Program-made: the position numbers and the translations under genes
Notes under the pieces: model-generated
What the model was told of the DNA's origin: nothing
Database searches by the model: none
The model's input: only the letters and a program-made list of their open reading frames with translations
Assembly: GCA_001938485.1 (NCBI GenBank)
Contig: MQRK01230236.1
Coordinates: 1-64,000 of the forward strand
Direction: 5' to 3'
Length of the DNA stretch: 64,000 nt
Origin: Girardia tigrina
Taxonomy: Eukaryota
Shown: one piece after another, positions 11,620 to 24,506 of the stretch
How positions within the stretch are numbered: position 1 is the first letter of the stretch
How the letters are laid out: every line of letters starts with the position of its first letter

Positions 11620-13579
11620 TTAAGGGAGTGGATGAAACATGGATCAGTCATTACGTTTATTTAATCATAATAAAATGTCTGTGGTTAAATCTGAATTTCG
11701 AGACAGTCGAGATTATGGTGATTACGTAATGCAAATAACAGATAATTTTCCTCATTAGGAAGCATATTAGCTAATGTAAAAATGACACATAACATAAACA
11801 TTTTCCTCTTTTGGGTAATTCCTGTGCAGCACAAATGTTAGCAATTAGATTCCCGATTATCTTGACATCTATTTACCTTACCTTATTCATCATCTTGCTT
11901 CATTATATTAATCTTATGTGATTTACAAAAGATATCATAGGCTTATTACTGTTTAATTACATCATCAAAATATTTTTTAAGATTTGCTGCATAATTCAAT
12001 TCAAAATAAATTTATTAATAAATTATCATATTATAAAATTGAAAATAAATTATAACTTCAATTAAAACTGAAAGCTGAATTTGTGTTATTATAATGTAAT
12101 AAAATCACAAAATATTATTTATAAAATAATATTTTTTTTCGTAACTTCAGTAAAAATAAATAAAAATTCATTTGAACTAAAATTAATGAAACAATTATTA
12201 CGACAAAAATCTTTAATTATTGACAAGATATTCGAGATAATTTATGAATTTTGTAGTTGCCCTTCTCTTCTTTTTTACTTTTACAAATAACCTCCTTAGA
12301 TTTACATCTCTAACGAAAACCCCTTCAAAAAGTTGTAAAATAAGAAAAATCAATCTAAAAGATCACACGATAACTGTCCATAAAACGAGCAAAGGTTTCT
12401 TGTAAAGATTATTTATTGTTTGTGTTGAAAGTCAATTGTTGAGCCATTTATTTTAAAAAGTTAAAAGTAAATTGAGATATTTAAGGGTTTTTGTTTCAAT
12501 GCAATTAAAAGTATATCTACTCCAAAATTTTGTGTCCAGAATTATCGTACCAACTCTGAATATAAGTAACATTCTCATAGGAAGACATTTCATTGAGGAC
12601 GTTACATTTTTGATAATTCTTGCACATTATTAGGAAAAAAGACTTATTACCAACACAAATTTTTGTTGAAACTATTACGAAAGAGAATTTTAATAAAAAT
12701 ACCTAAAGCATTCCAGAATTAAAAGATAGGATTGATGAAGAATTTAATAAATTGAAAAATTATTAAGAGGGAAAGGAAACATTTATCACCCAGATGCAAT
12801 TCATAAGAGATGTTATAAATGATGGAAGAGGTTTTGGTCATCGTTTTTTAATTAACTGTGATGATTTGTGAAGATCAATATTTTATTTTTTAATTAAAAA
12901 AATCATTGAAAATTAATTATAGAATATATTTGCAAAAATTCCTAAAATATTTTATAAAAATACAAAATGAAAATTAAAGTAAACTAAATTTTTTGCAAAT
13001 AAACTAAATTTATATATGTGTACTCTTTTTTGATTATATAAATTTTCATATTGTCTGACTGCTTTTTACGAGACAAAACTTGATTTTTTTGCATTTTAAA
13101 TAATTACTTTTCCTGAGAATAATGTGAGAACGAAGGAGAAGAAATAATGAATTATTTCATTAAATTTTGTCCATTTGAATAAAATTTGATTTTACACAAA
13201 ATATTTTTGTGAATATTTTTATATAGAAAACTGTTATTTAATGTTATAATAATTACTATTATGATGAGAAAACAATTTGTAAATCTTGTAAACTGTGTTA
13301 TCAGAATTGAACAAAATAAAAAAAAATATTAATTAATTGAAATTTATTTTACATTCACGTATTTCTAGATTAAAATAGTTCTTGTCGACATGGATTTTAC
13401 TGTTTTAATTACTTGTAATCGTTTCCTGTGTGGCAGGTTTAAGTTTGTTTTTTTTCCGTTTACCGTCATTCAGGACACTAGCTTCTATGTCAATGGTTTC
13501 TTACATGAAGAGCACAATGGTAAACCAAGGAATTTCCAAAAGAAAATAATGAAAGAAAAACGAAATCTTAATTATTTAA

Positions 13580-13760
13580 GTTCGTGATACAGCTTTGTAA
13601 AGAAACTTTTGTCAACCACAATTTAATCCTCGGTTTTAAATCAAGGATGTTTTTTGGAAAAGAACATATGGAGAAACCGACAACAGAAAATCCAGTCGAA
13701 GATTGGTGATATCGGCAGAAAGTTAGAATCTGCACGACATCGTTTTACAACAGTCGAAAG
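13580..13760 (-). mobile_element. Merlin/ISXO2-like transposase remnant
   Basis: Minus-strand translation PIFDWIFCCRFLHMFFSKKHP*FKTED*IVVDKSFFTKLYH resembles the Merlin motif DWxxFCR...IVExDESxFxKRKYH. Heavily decayed. Confidence 0.45.
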
Positions 13761-15821
13761 ACGTTATTCAAGCGCCCGAAAAATCTGAAAACGAAAGAGA
13801 ATGAGAAACAGTCTTCACGAGGACTAAAAATAGTGATTGGAAGCGAAACGCGATTCCAAGAAATATCTCATTCTGTATAATATGTTTTCAGTATTTTGTT
13901 TTCGATTTAACTATTTTATTACAAGCTTTTACTACGTTTCATTTGTTTGTCTGTCTGGATGCATCAAATCTTGCGATCAAAAATTCACCAACTTCCCGTT
14001 CACCTAGCGACATGAAACTTTTAAGGATTGATGTATTCTTGGTGTCAATACACTTTTTCACTGTCACTGCTCATCTACCGTCTTTAGTTTGGCCGCAAAA
14101 AGTAATTAAAGTGTCGTTCTCATGTTTTCCTCAGTAGTAGGCTTTGAAATTTGCTACATCTAAATGCAAATAGAAAGCGGGTTTTCGCCTAGTAGGCTTT
14201 GATAATTTAGTCAAAAAAATGTGGGAAGTGGGTGAAATAGATACAGAACCGCAAATATATGACAAATTATAAAATATTGTACACCAAAAATTTTTTTGGT
14301 ATGATTATACTTATTTTACTCTTTTAAACAAAATTCGACATAAAAATTATTTATTAATTTATTTTTAAAAAATATTTTACTTTAAAGTATTTAAACAAAA
14401 AATTATAGAAATCTGTTAATGTCTCGTCTAATGATCACGGTTGATCCATTACGAAAACTTCATTAATAAATTGTTACATTTCCATTGTTTTTTTTCAAAT
14501 ACTGCTGAGTATATGTCATTTTCAAACAGAATCTCAGATCAATTAAATGTCCATAAGTAATTATTTATTTTCGAAAGATATGTTCTCACCAGTAATTAAA
14601 TGTAAAAATATTTATAATTTTAAATATTTAAAAAATATTCGTATATATGAATATTTAAAACTAAAATTAATTATCACAATAATTGTTAACGAAAATTAAT
14701 TTTAATAATATTTCTATTAGAATTTGAATGTTAACTATTTGACACCAATTCATGCGATAAAATGGGGACATATTTTCATATTCAATAATTTTTTTACGAA
14801 CTATTCTACCACTTTCTATTTTTCAATTATTGGCTAACTAACCCACTTTCGCTTTTCTGCCACTTGATTCACTGAAATAAGGTGCAAATCAATACTGGAC
14901 AACATCGATCACAAACGAGAATATTCATTATACGTATGTCAAAAAGACTGATAATTTTAATTTTTCGTCAACATAAATCCAATTTAGTCTGAATATTTAT
15001 GAACAAAGTCACTTAAAATGATTTATTTATTTTATTGAAAAGAAAAAAATTTCACAATTATTTCAATTAAACAAAATTATCAAAAATAATTATTTTAGTG
15101 TTCAAATTTTTGTTTTAATCTCCGACCATGAACGTGTGATTTGTAACACGTAGTTACAGAACGGTAACTCCATTATAAAGACATTTCGTTGTAATGAGTA
15201 ACAGCGCATCACTGTCAAGAGAGACGAGGTCGAGTTGTTATGGCAACATTGGGACCTATTATGTAAAGTAGGTTATCTTTGTCTGACACGATAAAGAACA
15301 TAGAAATAAGAATTGTTTATTTATTTATTAACTGTTTTATTATTTTTATAACAGTAATATATATTATTAAGCATTAAAAATCAAAAATTCTATTTAAGCT
15401 AAAAATTTTCAAATTGGATATAATTTTTATTATTTGTTACATTTTATTTTAATTAATTAGTGTCTGCAAATATTACTGTTAAAATGTCTAAGTTAATGTT
15501 TTCACAACTATTTTTAACATTTCAAAGTCGTTATCGAGGCACCTTTACCTTTATTTTAGTCATTTTTACGATCAACCCTGATACATTTATACAGCATGTA
15601 ACATTCAGTAATAATATTTTTTCTATTAAACATTTTTTTATTTTGAAAAATTAAAATTTTTGTTGATCGTCACTATCCTCCCTTAAAATTTCTCTTTTAC
15701 CCCATTTATGATAAATTATCGCTGTTTCCCGACCACTGGTTTAAAGATTTCGTCTAACGGAAATAAGTATTCTTCAAATAAATCGTCAAATAATGAACGG
15801 ATAGAATGTCTTAAGTCTTAC

Positions 15822-15960
15822 TTAATTCGTGCTGGAGAACTTTGAGCTTCTCCGCAATTATTTTTAGCTACGCAAGTGTAAGTACCATTGTCTTCAGGAT
15901 ATGTATATAATATGTCTAGAGCACAGTAACCTCGGTCAAACACGGCATTGAATCGACTCC
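15822..15960 (-). CDS. Kettin/titin-like gene exon D (Ig2 C-half)
   Basis: 139 nt. Encodes GSRFNAVFDRGYCALDILYTYPEDNGTYTCVAKNNCGEAQS, closely resembling kettin/Sallimus Ig repeats. GTAAG donor at 15821. Confidence 0.92.
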
Positions 15961-16003
15961 CTGAGATAAATGATTATTGATGCTGATAAAAATTAAAATT
16001 CAC

Positions 16004-16254
16004 CCATCGACATAGATTGTCCATCTTTTTTCCAGTCAACAGATAAGGAAACGTCATTTCTTGGTTCTAAAAAAGTTTCTAAATGCACACCGACACCTTC
16101 ATTCACTGTGATATCAGACTGAAGAGCTTTAATAAATTGCGGTGGATGCGGAGAGTCGTGTTTCTCCACATGAGAAGGCTCATTTTCATTGTCATGAACT
16201 TGTAAGTTCTCAATAAAATCAACATTATTATCCACTTTAGCTTCTGGTATCACC
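16004..16254 (-). CDS. Kettin/titin-like gene exon C (linker + Ig2 N-half)
   Basis: 251 nt, in frame. Encodes VIPEAKVD...PPQFIKALQSDITVNEGVGVHLETFLEPRNDVSLSVDWKKDGQSMSM. Followed by a 43-nt intron. Confidence 0.9.
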
Positions 16255-16303
16255 CTAAATTTTCAATGAGAAATTTATTCGACTTTTATTTATCAAAACT
16301 AAC

Positions 16304-16442
16304 GTAATATGAGCTGGAGTACTTTGACTTTGACCGGATTTACTTTTAGCCACGCAAACGTAAACTCCACTATCTTCCGCAATTGAATATGAAATAGCTA
16401 GTTCTGCGTACCCTCTTTCGAATACCGTGCTAAATCTAGTTC
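16304..16442 (-). CDS. Kettin/titin-like gene exon B (Ig1 C-half)
   Basis: 139 nt, AG/GT bounded, phases 1-2. Encodes GTRFSTVFERGYAELAISYSIAEDSGVYVCVAKSKSGQSQS with the I-set D-x-G-x-Y-x-C motif. Flanked by two 49-nt introns. Confidence 0.9.
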
Positions 16443-16491
16443 CTTTTTAGTTGGATGTTAATTAATATCATTTGATTTTTTTAATAATCAC

Positions 16492-16762
16492 CTGTTAGAA
16501 GTGGTTTGCCATCTTTGAGCCATTCAATAGAAAGAGAATTATCTCCGGTCGGAGAAACTTGACTTGAAAGTAAAATTGGTTCTTCCTCCGAAACGGTAAG
16601 CTCATTTTGTAAATTTACTACAAAATGAGGGGCTTCGAATTCTTTGGCATCATAATGGCTTTGGACACCTCCGTGACCTTTCGATTTATTAAAAGCAGCT
16701 ACGTGATTAACTTGCGCATTCACGGCAACTCCATTTGGTACATTCGAATCTCCAGACTCCAT
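16492..16762 (-). CDS. Kettin/titin-like Ig I-set protein, exon A (first visible coding exon); model join(16492-16762,16304-16442,16004-16254,15822-15960,7803-7901,7585-7744), 3'-incomplete
   Basis: Encodes MESGD...APHFVVNLQNELTVSEEEPILLSSQVSPTGDNSLSIEWLKDGKPLLT(G), an Ig N-half with the kettin-type P-x-x-D and W-x-K-D-G motifs. GT donor at 16491. A possible AG acceptor at 16771-16772 means it may be an internal exon. Confidence 0.9.
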
Positions 16763-17544
16763 TTTTATTCCTAGCTGCTTTGATTTTAAAAAATGAAATA
16801 TTTTCTAAATATTAAATAAGTGATTTTTGTTGCAAAAGTCTAAGAAAAAGTAGATGCATGTGCTTTTGATGTGTGTCTTTTTAGCAATACTTAAATGTGC
16901 GATGCACAAATTCTAAAATCGATAAACAAACGAATTTATTAAAGACAATTTTTCCACTTTATTTGCCAATAAATATTAGACATGCTAGGAATAATGTATA
17001 ATTTTCTTTTCTCCCACCACACATATTTTGTTGTCATAATGATGTCAAAGGGAAAACACATTCGACGTTGACTGTTTGAGCGCTGATGCTTTTTGGATTA
17101 AAGAAAACATGTAAAATTGATATTTAAAAGCGGTATGTTTTGTGTTCGACGATTTCCCTTAAAATAGTTTTTGCCCTAATGATGGCGAATGCATTTTTTA
17201 AATTTTCTGTTTCAAAGAATTACTATTAGAGAATTTAAATAATTCGTATATTCTTTAATTTCAGATAAATGTTTTGAAATATTTGTTGAGAGTAAATTGT
17301 TTTGTTTTCTATTTTGAATGAAATGTATGAATTGAATAGAAAGTAGAGAAAACAGGTATAAAATTTTAGAACAACTTGATAATTAATTATAATAAATGAT
17401 CTTTTATTCAAATATTTTCTAAAATTCAAGAAAACAATTTGAATTTTCTTTCTCCGTCCTCAAATAATCTCTTATTTAAAATCGGAACAATTGAGTAAAG
17501 TTAGTATTTGTTCCATTTCGAAGTTAAAGTATATTCATAATAAG

Positions 17545-18574
17545 CAGTGCTTTTTTTCTAGTAAAAAAAGGTTTGGGAACTCATTTTATATCTGTTTTTT
17601 ACCTTATGTCAGAAAGTATTATAATTGAATTTTCCCACTGAACACAAATTTATTTTACAGGAAATTTAAAGACATAAACGTTTTTATAAGAAAATGAAAA
17701 AAAAGAGTTTATTTATTATAAAAACCAACCTGACTAAAGTTTATGTGGAAAATCAAAAATCTATTCTACTGTATTATAATACTGTACCGTATTAGGCTTT
17801 AAAACAACTTCCAGAGTTTTCTCGTGTTTTCATCAGACAAATCATCTCGATTTCTTTTCTTGCTTTGTGAGTTTAGAGCTAAATGTTTCCCTCGAATCAG
17901 TCAAGAGTCTACGTACTTTGTAGGATCAAAATATGTTAGAGGAGGGCCGACCATTCTGATGAACAAAAGTGCCGGGACTGTTTTTGTCATAAGCGAAGCT
18001 CTCATTGGGGTGATTATCAAATTCATTTTTGAGAATCCCCTTTCACACTCGCTGGAAGAAATGGAAATTGTATTAAGAGTATCTATCAGAGGAAGAATTC
18101 TTTCAGAATATGTTCTTTCCGTAAGATAATCACGGAATCCATGAATGATTTCCCTTGCGTTAAGTTGCAGCAAATGTCAACTGGTTGTTCATGTTATCTG
18201 TCCAATGGCTCTGATCAAGTATGCTAGTCCATTGAGCTAGTTCAACATCCTCATTAGACAGTAATCTTTTCGCAATCGATTCGCTAAGTTTCTCGTAAAA
18301 GACATTTGCATCAATAGGAGGGTCATTTTTGCAGTTTCTGTTATGTAGTACAGTTCCATTAAATATTAGAGAATAACAGCATTTGCTACTTGGTACATTT
18401 ATATAGCTTGTTGTTTATTTGTAAACCGTAATTTATGTCGTTCCCGTGAGTCCCCACTGTAAAAAAGGACTGACAGTAAGTAAAACGCTGATTATTTTAT
18501 ATAAATATAAACGAATCTGGCAAAAAAAGATATGGGAACTGAGTTCCCATGAGTTCCTACTGAAAAAAGCACTG
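17545..18574 (-). mobile_element. hAT deletion derivative
   Basis: TIR CAGTGCTTTTTT, perfect 8-bp TSD ATAATAAG on both sides. Transposase C-terminus TISISSSECERGFSKMNLIITPMRASL (17901-18173). Confidence 0.93.
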
Positions 18575-19199
18575 ATAATAAGTAAAAAAGAATAAAATTT
18601 ATTTCTTCCGAAATTCCAGTTGTTTGTAAAAAAATTGACTTCTTCTACTGTCCTTCCCTAGACTTTATACTGCCTATTAAAATTATATCGGATGTTTGGA
18701 ATTACTGGCTTCAATAGTGGAGTACGTCGAGATATAATTATCTGTTATATAATACATATATCAAAAAAACACATAAAAAAACTCGTATCACGATGTTCAT
18801 TTTCACTAATCTCCGAAATCACTGAACCAATTTCAATGAAATTATGTATATATATATATATATATTGTATGATCAAAAATTAACAGATTAGATAATTTTT
18901 AATCTCATCTTCCTTTTTAAATGCGAATTTGAGGTTTTTTATACATAAAGGATTTAATTCATTTTTAAGTTCTATAAGTTTCCAAAAGAAGGCGGTTGTC
19001 TAAGTCTTAAATTTCATCCATTTTATTGAATTTAATTGACTTCTGATGTTAAAATTTATCTACAGTCAATTAAATTCAATAAAATATTTTTATATAATAA
19101 ATATATAGATAAGTTTTACTTAATGTAATTAGTTATTGTTTCGTTTATTAATTTTATTCTTAGGAATATACCGCGAAGAAAATCTAACCTCAACAATCA

Positions 19200-19910
19200 A
19201 TGTAGCAGAATCACAAGACATGAACGTCGTGCATAAGCTAAAAGATCGATAGAACAAACTGTTCAAATTAATGAAGAGCAAAGAAAGAGCAAACGATTTT
19301 TATGCCGGAATCTTCATTCTTGTGGATCTCTATAAGAATTGGGTTAATACCAATGTTGAATAGTAACATGGACAGTGGGCACCCTTGTCTGACACCTCTG
19401 TTGATGGGTATTGCCGGAATTGATTGTCCATTGCATGAGTATTCCGATGTATTGTTTGAATAAATCGCCTTTATCAGATTGCAGGATTTGGAATTCATCC
19501 CTTTTCTTCGTAGTATCTCGATCACATGGTCGATGGGCATTCTACTGAATGCACCAGTGAGGTCCAAGAATGTGAAATGTACTTCTTCAAGTTCCTCAAG
19601 GATAATTCTCAGTACATTATTGTGCTCTGCACATCCATCGGAGGTACCGTACCTTTCTGGAGTAGGAAAATGAGATCGTTGTCCATTAGCCATTTTTCCA
19701 GTTGCGCCTTAAGACATGATGCAAAAATTTTGTAGATACACTCCAATAGGGCAATTGGTCTCCATGACGAAACCTCGCTATATTTGCCCTCTTTTCCAGG
19801 TTTAGGAATTAGTATTGTTATGAATTCCCCGCAGTTCGTTGGTAAAAATTCCCATAAGATTGCGTCCCTGATGTTGATGTATGGTGATGATCCGAAGTTT
19901 TTCCATTTCT
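19200..19910 (-). mobile_element. REL-class (NeSL/R2-like) non-LTR retrotransposon RT fragment
   Basis: ILIPKPGK..SSWRPIALL..YKIF, DGCAEHN, FLDLTGAF, RGVRQGCPLSMLLFN and LLAYA RT motifs, with frameshifts. Confidence 0.85.
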
Positions 19911-19919
19911 ATTTTTTTA

Positions 19920-20240
19920 AGCAGTTGTGAAGAGCGGGTATTTAATCGGTACCCCTATAATTTCTTCGAACGAGCAGACGTGAGAAGAATTGTGAAATGG
20001 AATTAAGGTTGATAAAGTACCATCAAGAGAGCATATTGGAAGGGTAGAAAATGTTGCAATTTTTATGGTCGGTGCTCCTGTTGACATTCCAGCCATCAGA
20101 ATCACACATTTTAACATTACCGGAAGACTAATTTCAGAAATCCAACGTTCGTACGATGCACTCCAATATCCGTTGAAATTTCTGAAAAGACAGGATAAGT
20201 ATCGCATTAATGCCAAACAGCGTGATCCAGTTAATGATAA
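19920..20240 (+). mobile_element. Helitron Rep/helicase fragment
   Basis: IKVDKVPSREH...VAIFMVG...ISEIQRSYDALQYPLKF matches the conserved Helitron H-x-S-Y-D-A-L-Q-Y-P-L motif. Helitron-like 5' sequence also at about 18770-18850. Confidence 0.8.
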
Positions 20241-20543
20241 AATTTTAAATTTAACATTTCAACAATTTAATTTATTATTTTATGCTATTAATCTTTTAAT
20301 TTTTCATTAAATTAACTTATTTAAAATCAAATTGAAATTAATTCATAAATTTTTACTTTATTTTTTTTATTAAATAAACTTCATTAAAATTCATTCATTT
20401 AAATTGCAATTAATTTATATTTTTTTCATTTTTTTTGTTAAATTCTTATTTAACATTTAAATTTATTTAAATTCAATAATTTATAATGGCAATGAAATAA
20501 GTAAATAACAAAAACGTCATTTATCGATATAAGATTTATTTTT

Positions 20544-20579
20544 GACAACATGTTTCACCTTCACAGGCATCTTCAGGTC
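20544..20579 (-). ncRNA. Minimal type I hammerhead ribozyme
   Basis: Minus strand reads GAC CTGAAGA T GCCT-gtga-AGGT GAAACATGTT GTC. Stem I GAC/GUC, palindromic ACAUGU. Confidence 0.8.
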
Positions 20580-20802
20580 TTCCGTTTGGGTTTGTAAAGC
20601 GATCTTCTTTTATACTTGCTTGGTTGTTAGCTAAGCGGTATTACGCAACTCATGGATTAATTTATTGATATCAATTATTATAATTTTATTTGATATCAAT
20701 AAATTAATCCACGAGTTATGTAGTACCACTTGCACAACAACCAAGCAAGTATAAAAGAAGATCGCTTTACAATCCTCAAACAGAAGACCTGAAGATTCCT
20801 GT
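20563..20802. repeat. Imperfect inverted repeat (~112-bp arms, 15-nt spacer), inverted Penelope pLTR pair
   Basis: Arms 20563-20674 and 20690-20802. The right arm carries TATAAAAG and a hammerhead truncated in stem II. Confidence 0.8.
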
Positions 20803-21339
20803 TGTAACATAATGCTCTAAAATATCATTTTTAATTTTAAAATTTTTTTTGTATTTATTTAACCTTTTAAAACTTTCAAATTTAAAAAAAATAATAAACT
20901 ATTTTGACGAAGTACAAATTTAAACTAACTGCTCATAATTTTAATTTTAAATTCTTTTATTGATAATTAATAATGCTTGTATTATTTTTTATGTCTTGGG
21001 ACAAATAAAAAAGTTAGTTCAATGAACTATTTCATCCGTCTATTGATGATAAGACATAATCAGGATAATTATACTTGTCGATATCTCCAGATGTTCCGTC
21101 AATTATGTTGTGAATTTGTACTCGAAGATATAAAGTGAACGTCTGAGAATTATTCGATTCAACCAACCCAAATTACGATATGAAGAATACATCCACTTAC
21201 AAGATGCTATTAACGGAAATGTTGATGGATAAATAAACAAAGTCGATATACGTATTGCATTTATATTACCCTGACTCTTATTCATGAATTTGATCAAAAT
21301 TATATTTATTTAACAAGGTTTTTTTCTGATTTGTTGCAT

Positions 21340-22144
21340 TATCTGATAGTTGTTTCGTAGGCGCTGATTGAGACTCCTCGAGCACGAATAACCAATGTCA
21401 CTCCACCGGTTAGACATATGTAACTGTGTTCATGGTCGGTCAATCATGAGAGAGGTTTTAGTCTGTGAGAACCGTCATACAAACACTATTCTTATACTCT
21501 AAATAGAGTTATACCATATATCAGCTAACACAATACACTGTTGGCAGAAAAAAATGAAAAACTGCTAACACAACAGTGAATTGGCTTTTATATGGGGTCA
21601 ATAAAAAAAGATCAGACATACATGCTCTCACCACTAAAGTTGAACCCTCTCTCACAAAATTTCAACCAATCCTACACTACAAATTATCCTGAGGGGGGAC
21701 ATCTAACGGCTCATCATGCTCAAAGATGTCTCCCTCAGTGTAAAGTATCCCATCGTCAAAGTCAGCCGGATTGTGAGCAGGAATCTGGCATTGGATTTCT
21801 TGTAGGTTGGCACGCGGATCCTGAAAGTCTCTCCACTGAAGGGCTGACCACTTGATGTTGGATAGAACACAGGCGCGAGCAATCGCTATTTTCCTTTTTC
21901 CTAGAAGTAAATGTTTAAGAATAAGTTCATTGTTGGGTAACCATGATCCTAGTGGCCCAACAATGAAGATGTCAAGTTCAACTTTCCACGAGTCCCCATA
22001 TGCATGTTGAATTTGTTCCCTCAAGTCCCAGTATTTATTTATATTTCTCTTATCAGCATTATTTATATTTCTTTCAGTCTCATATGGGCATTTAATATCT
22101 ATTAAGATTTTACGCTTTTCCCGGAAACAAACTTGAAAGTCCAC
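21340..22144 (-). mobile_element. REL-class non-LTR retrotransposon 3' end (restriction-like endonuclease + putative 3' UTR)
   Basis: ORF 21677-22144 contains ILIDIKCPYE...KY..L...FIVGPLGSW, the PD-(D/E)xK RLE signature of NeSL/R2-like elements. The UTR boundary is approximate. Confidence 0.82.
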
Positions 22145-23486
22145 TCTGAAAATAGCAAATAATTTCTTCTGAAATTAGCGCAAACGAACATCGTGGCAAA
22201 AGATTTGATATAAAATTAATAAAAAGAATATACTATAACAGGGTTATTTACACCATAATATCAATTATTTATTTCTATAATCTCATAAATTTTACTATTA
22301 TGGCAAGAAAGAAGCCCAAAAATATTTTGCAGGAAATGAAAAATTTGTGATAGGATTAAAAATGTCAGAAATACTGGGAATTGAAAGACGTTCAGCAGGC
22401 ATCTTTCTCAAAATGCAAGCAAAAGATGATTGATTTGTTCCCATTCCAAAAAGGCCACAAAATAGAATGGTGAATCTAGAATAACTTTTTTTGTGGTAGA
22501 TCAAACGATTCATAATGACGTTGCATCAACAAATGTGAGTACTCTATAAGAAAAGCAAGAGGTAACACTGGAAACAAATGGTTCTCTAGTACCCATTTTA
22601 CTGTACGTAATAAATAAATTAACGAAGTGCTTGATATAGAAAATGTTTTGTTTATATTTCACAATATTATTATTTTCTTTGTCTTTCAGGAAAGTAATTT
22701 TGGTAATTGATTTACAAAATTATATTAAAAATATTCATACCATATAGCAGACTAATGAATAGGAAATATAACTTCAAAAAATTTAATTTACGATGTCTAA
22801 GACGAAAGAACATTTAACAACATTCTAGCAGCATTTACAGACAATATTCCCCAGGACACCTGAACTGTTCTAACATTTGCAATAATTTATGGGGGGGGCT
22901 GTTAACAACGACTGATTCAAAATGAATATTCAATATTACCATCGTACATGAAGTGGGGAATTCGTTCTTGAAATGTTTTTAATATTCATATATCAATTAG
23001 TATAAAAGGTACAAAAATATGTTTGAATAGTCTATTAAAATGTTACGGAAATTACAATTTATAAACAGATTTTAATGTAAATAAATAGAAAACTGGTACA
23101 AAAATGTTCGTCGAAATCATTCTGTAATCATTGATAAAATGGAAACAGCTGCATGGAAACAATTTGCTTTTGGCTTCAAACTGAATTAAGTTGTTTATTT
23201 AACAAAAAGTTAAAGAAAATTCCATTAATTCTTACGCATTAAATTGAAGAAGTTGCAGTTTGTTATTTATTGTTTTTCAAATATTAAGATAAATTTGATT
23301 ATTCTATTTTCATTACACTTGAGTCAATATTTTCAATATTTAGGATCAAAAGATTTGATCATCAATTCTTCACCCAGATCAATCGTTCACAGTAATTATT
23401 AAATTTAAAACCTGAACATTTATATTTATTTGTATTTCCCTACAATCAGATACATAAATTGGTTTATAAAAGTGTCTTCGAAGTAA

Positions 23487-23996
23487 GGGACCATCCATAT
23501 ATTATGTACGCACTGAAGGGGGATGGGGGCTGTTTAAATTTAAAAGATTTTGCGTATGGGTGCGTATGATAATGGGGGTGGGTAATTATTAAATATGTAA
23601 ACATGCAATGGTTTTCTTAAAAATATCTTTTTATTTTTCTGCTCTGTGAACACACCATCATTCTATCAACAAAGGTGGAATATAAAATCTAATAAAGAAT
23701 TAAATGTTGGTGTAAAAATATAGAGTTGGAATTGTAAGATTCCCTGACGCATATTGTTGTTGTTCTGTTCCTTTTCGCTTTACTAAAAATAAAGGGGATT
23801 TTGCATATAATGCACACAGCCAGCATTTGTTATGATACAGTGTTTGTTGGAAGAAATTTAGAACGTTGTATAAAAATAGTGGTTCGAGACTCAATTTGTA
23901 TGTGCTTATGGTAGTTCAAAATGTACAGGGTGCAATGGGGGGAGGAGGGGGGTTAAAATATTAACTTTTTTGCGTATGTAATAAATGGATGGCCTC
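23487..23996. mobile_element. PIF/Harbinger-like MITE
   Basis: Imperfect ~26-bp TIR G(G/A)G(A/G)CCATCCAT..ATTA..TACGCA, TAA on both sides, G-rich subterminal tracts. Confidence 0.75.
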
Positions 23997-24009
23997 TAAA
24001 GGGGTTTCA

Positions 24010-24300
24010 CGGTATACATTTACACGAATAAACTAAATCGGAATATAATCCATTCGGAGTTCTAAATTTAGCGCTGATCAAACTTTATATGTTATATGAC
24101 ATAGAGACGATTTTAAAATTTAATAAACCATTTTCGTGGAATTTCATCATAGATGTTTTGGATTTTTTGAAACCCTCGGAGTAAAGGATATTAAAGCAAA
24201 AACCAAATTCATAATACTTATTATTAAACATCAATTGGTGTTTATGCATGTCATTATTTAACAATTTTCTTGTTCCTATTTTGAAATTTAATTAATTTTT
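24010..24300 (-). mobile_element. Penelope-like remnant
   Basis: YSEGFK and RTPNGLYSDLVYSCKC are homologous to the 1956-2330 copy. Confidence 0.6.
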
Positions 24301-24506
24301 TAATAAGTTAACTTTTCGACTTATAGAGTCATGAAATGTGTTTCGGATTATTTATCAGAGGGAAAATTCAATTCATATATAAATCTATAATTCTTTACCA
24401 TTTTGGTACTAGTAAATACAATTGTTTAGAATATTGTGACAAGAGATGAAAAAGGAATTAAAATTTTAGAATCCGAAACGAAGAAATCAATGGGTTAGTT
24501 TAAAAT

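Noticed and set aside
22300-23140. Possible IS630/Tc1-like transposase remnant
   Set aside because: Too decayed; no catalytic motif or TIR could be fixed.
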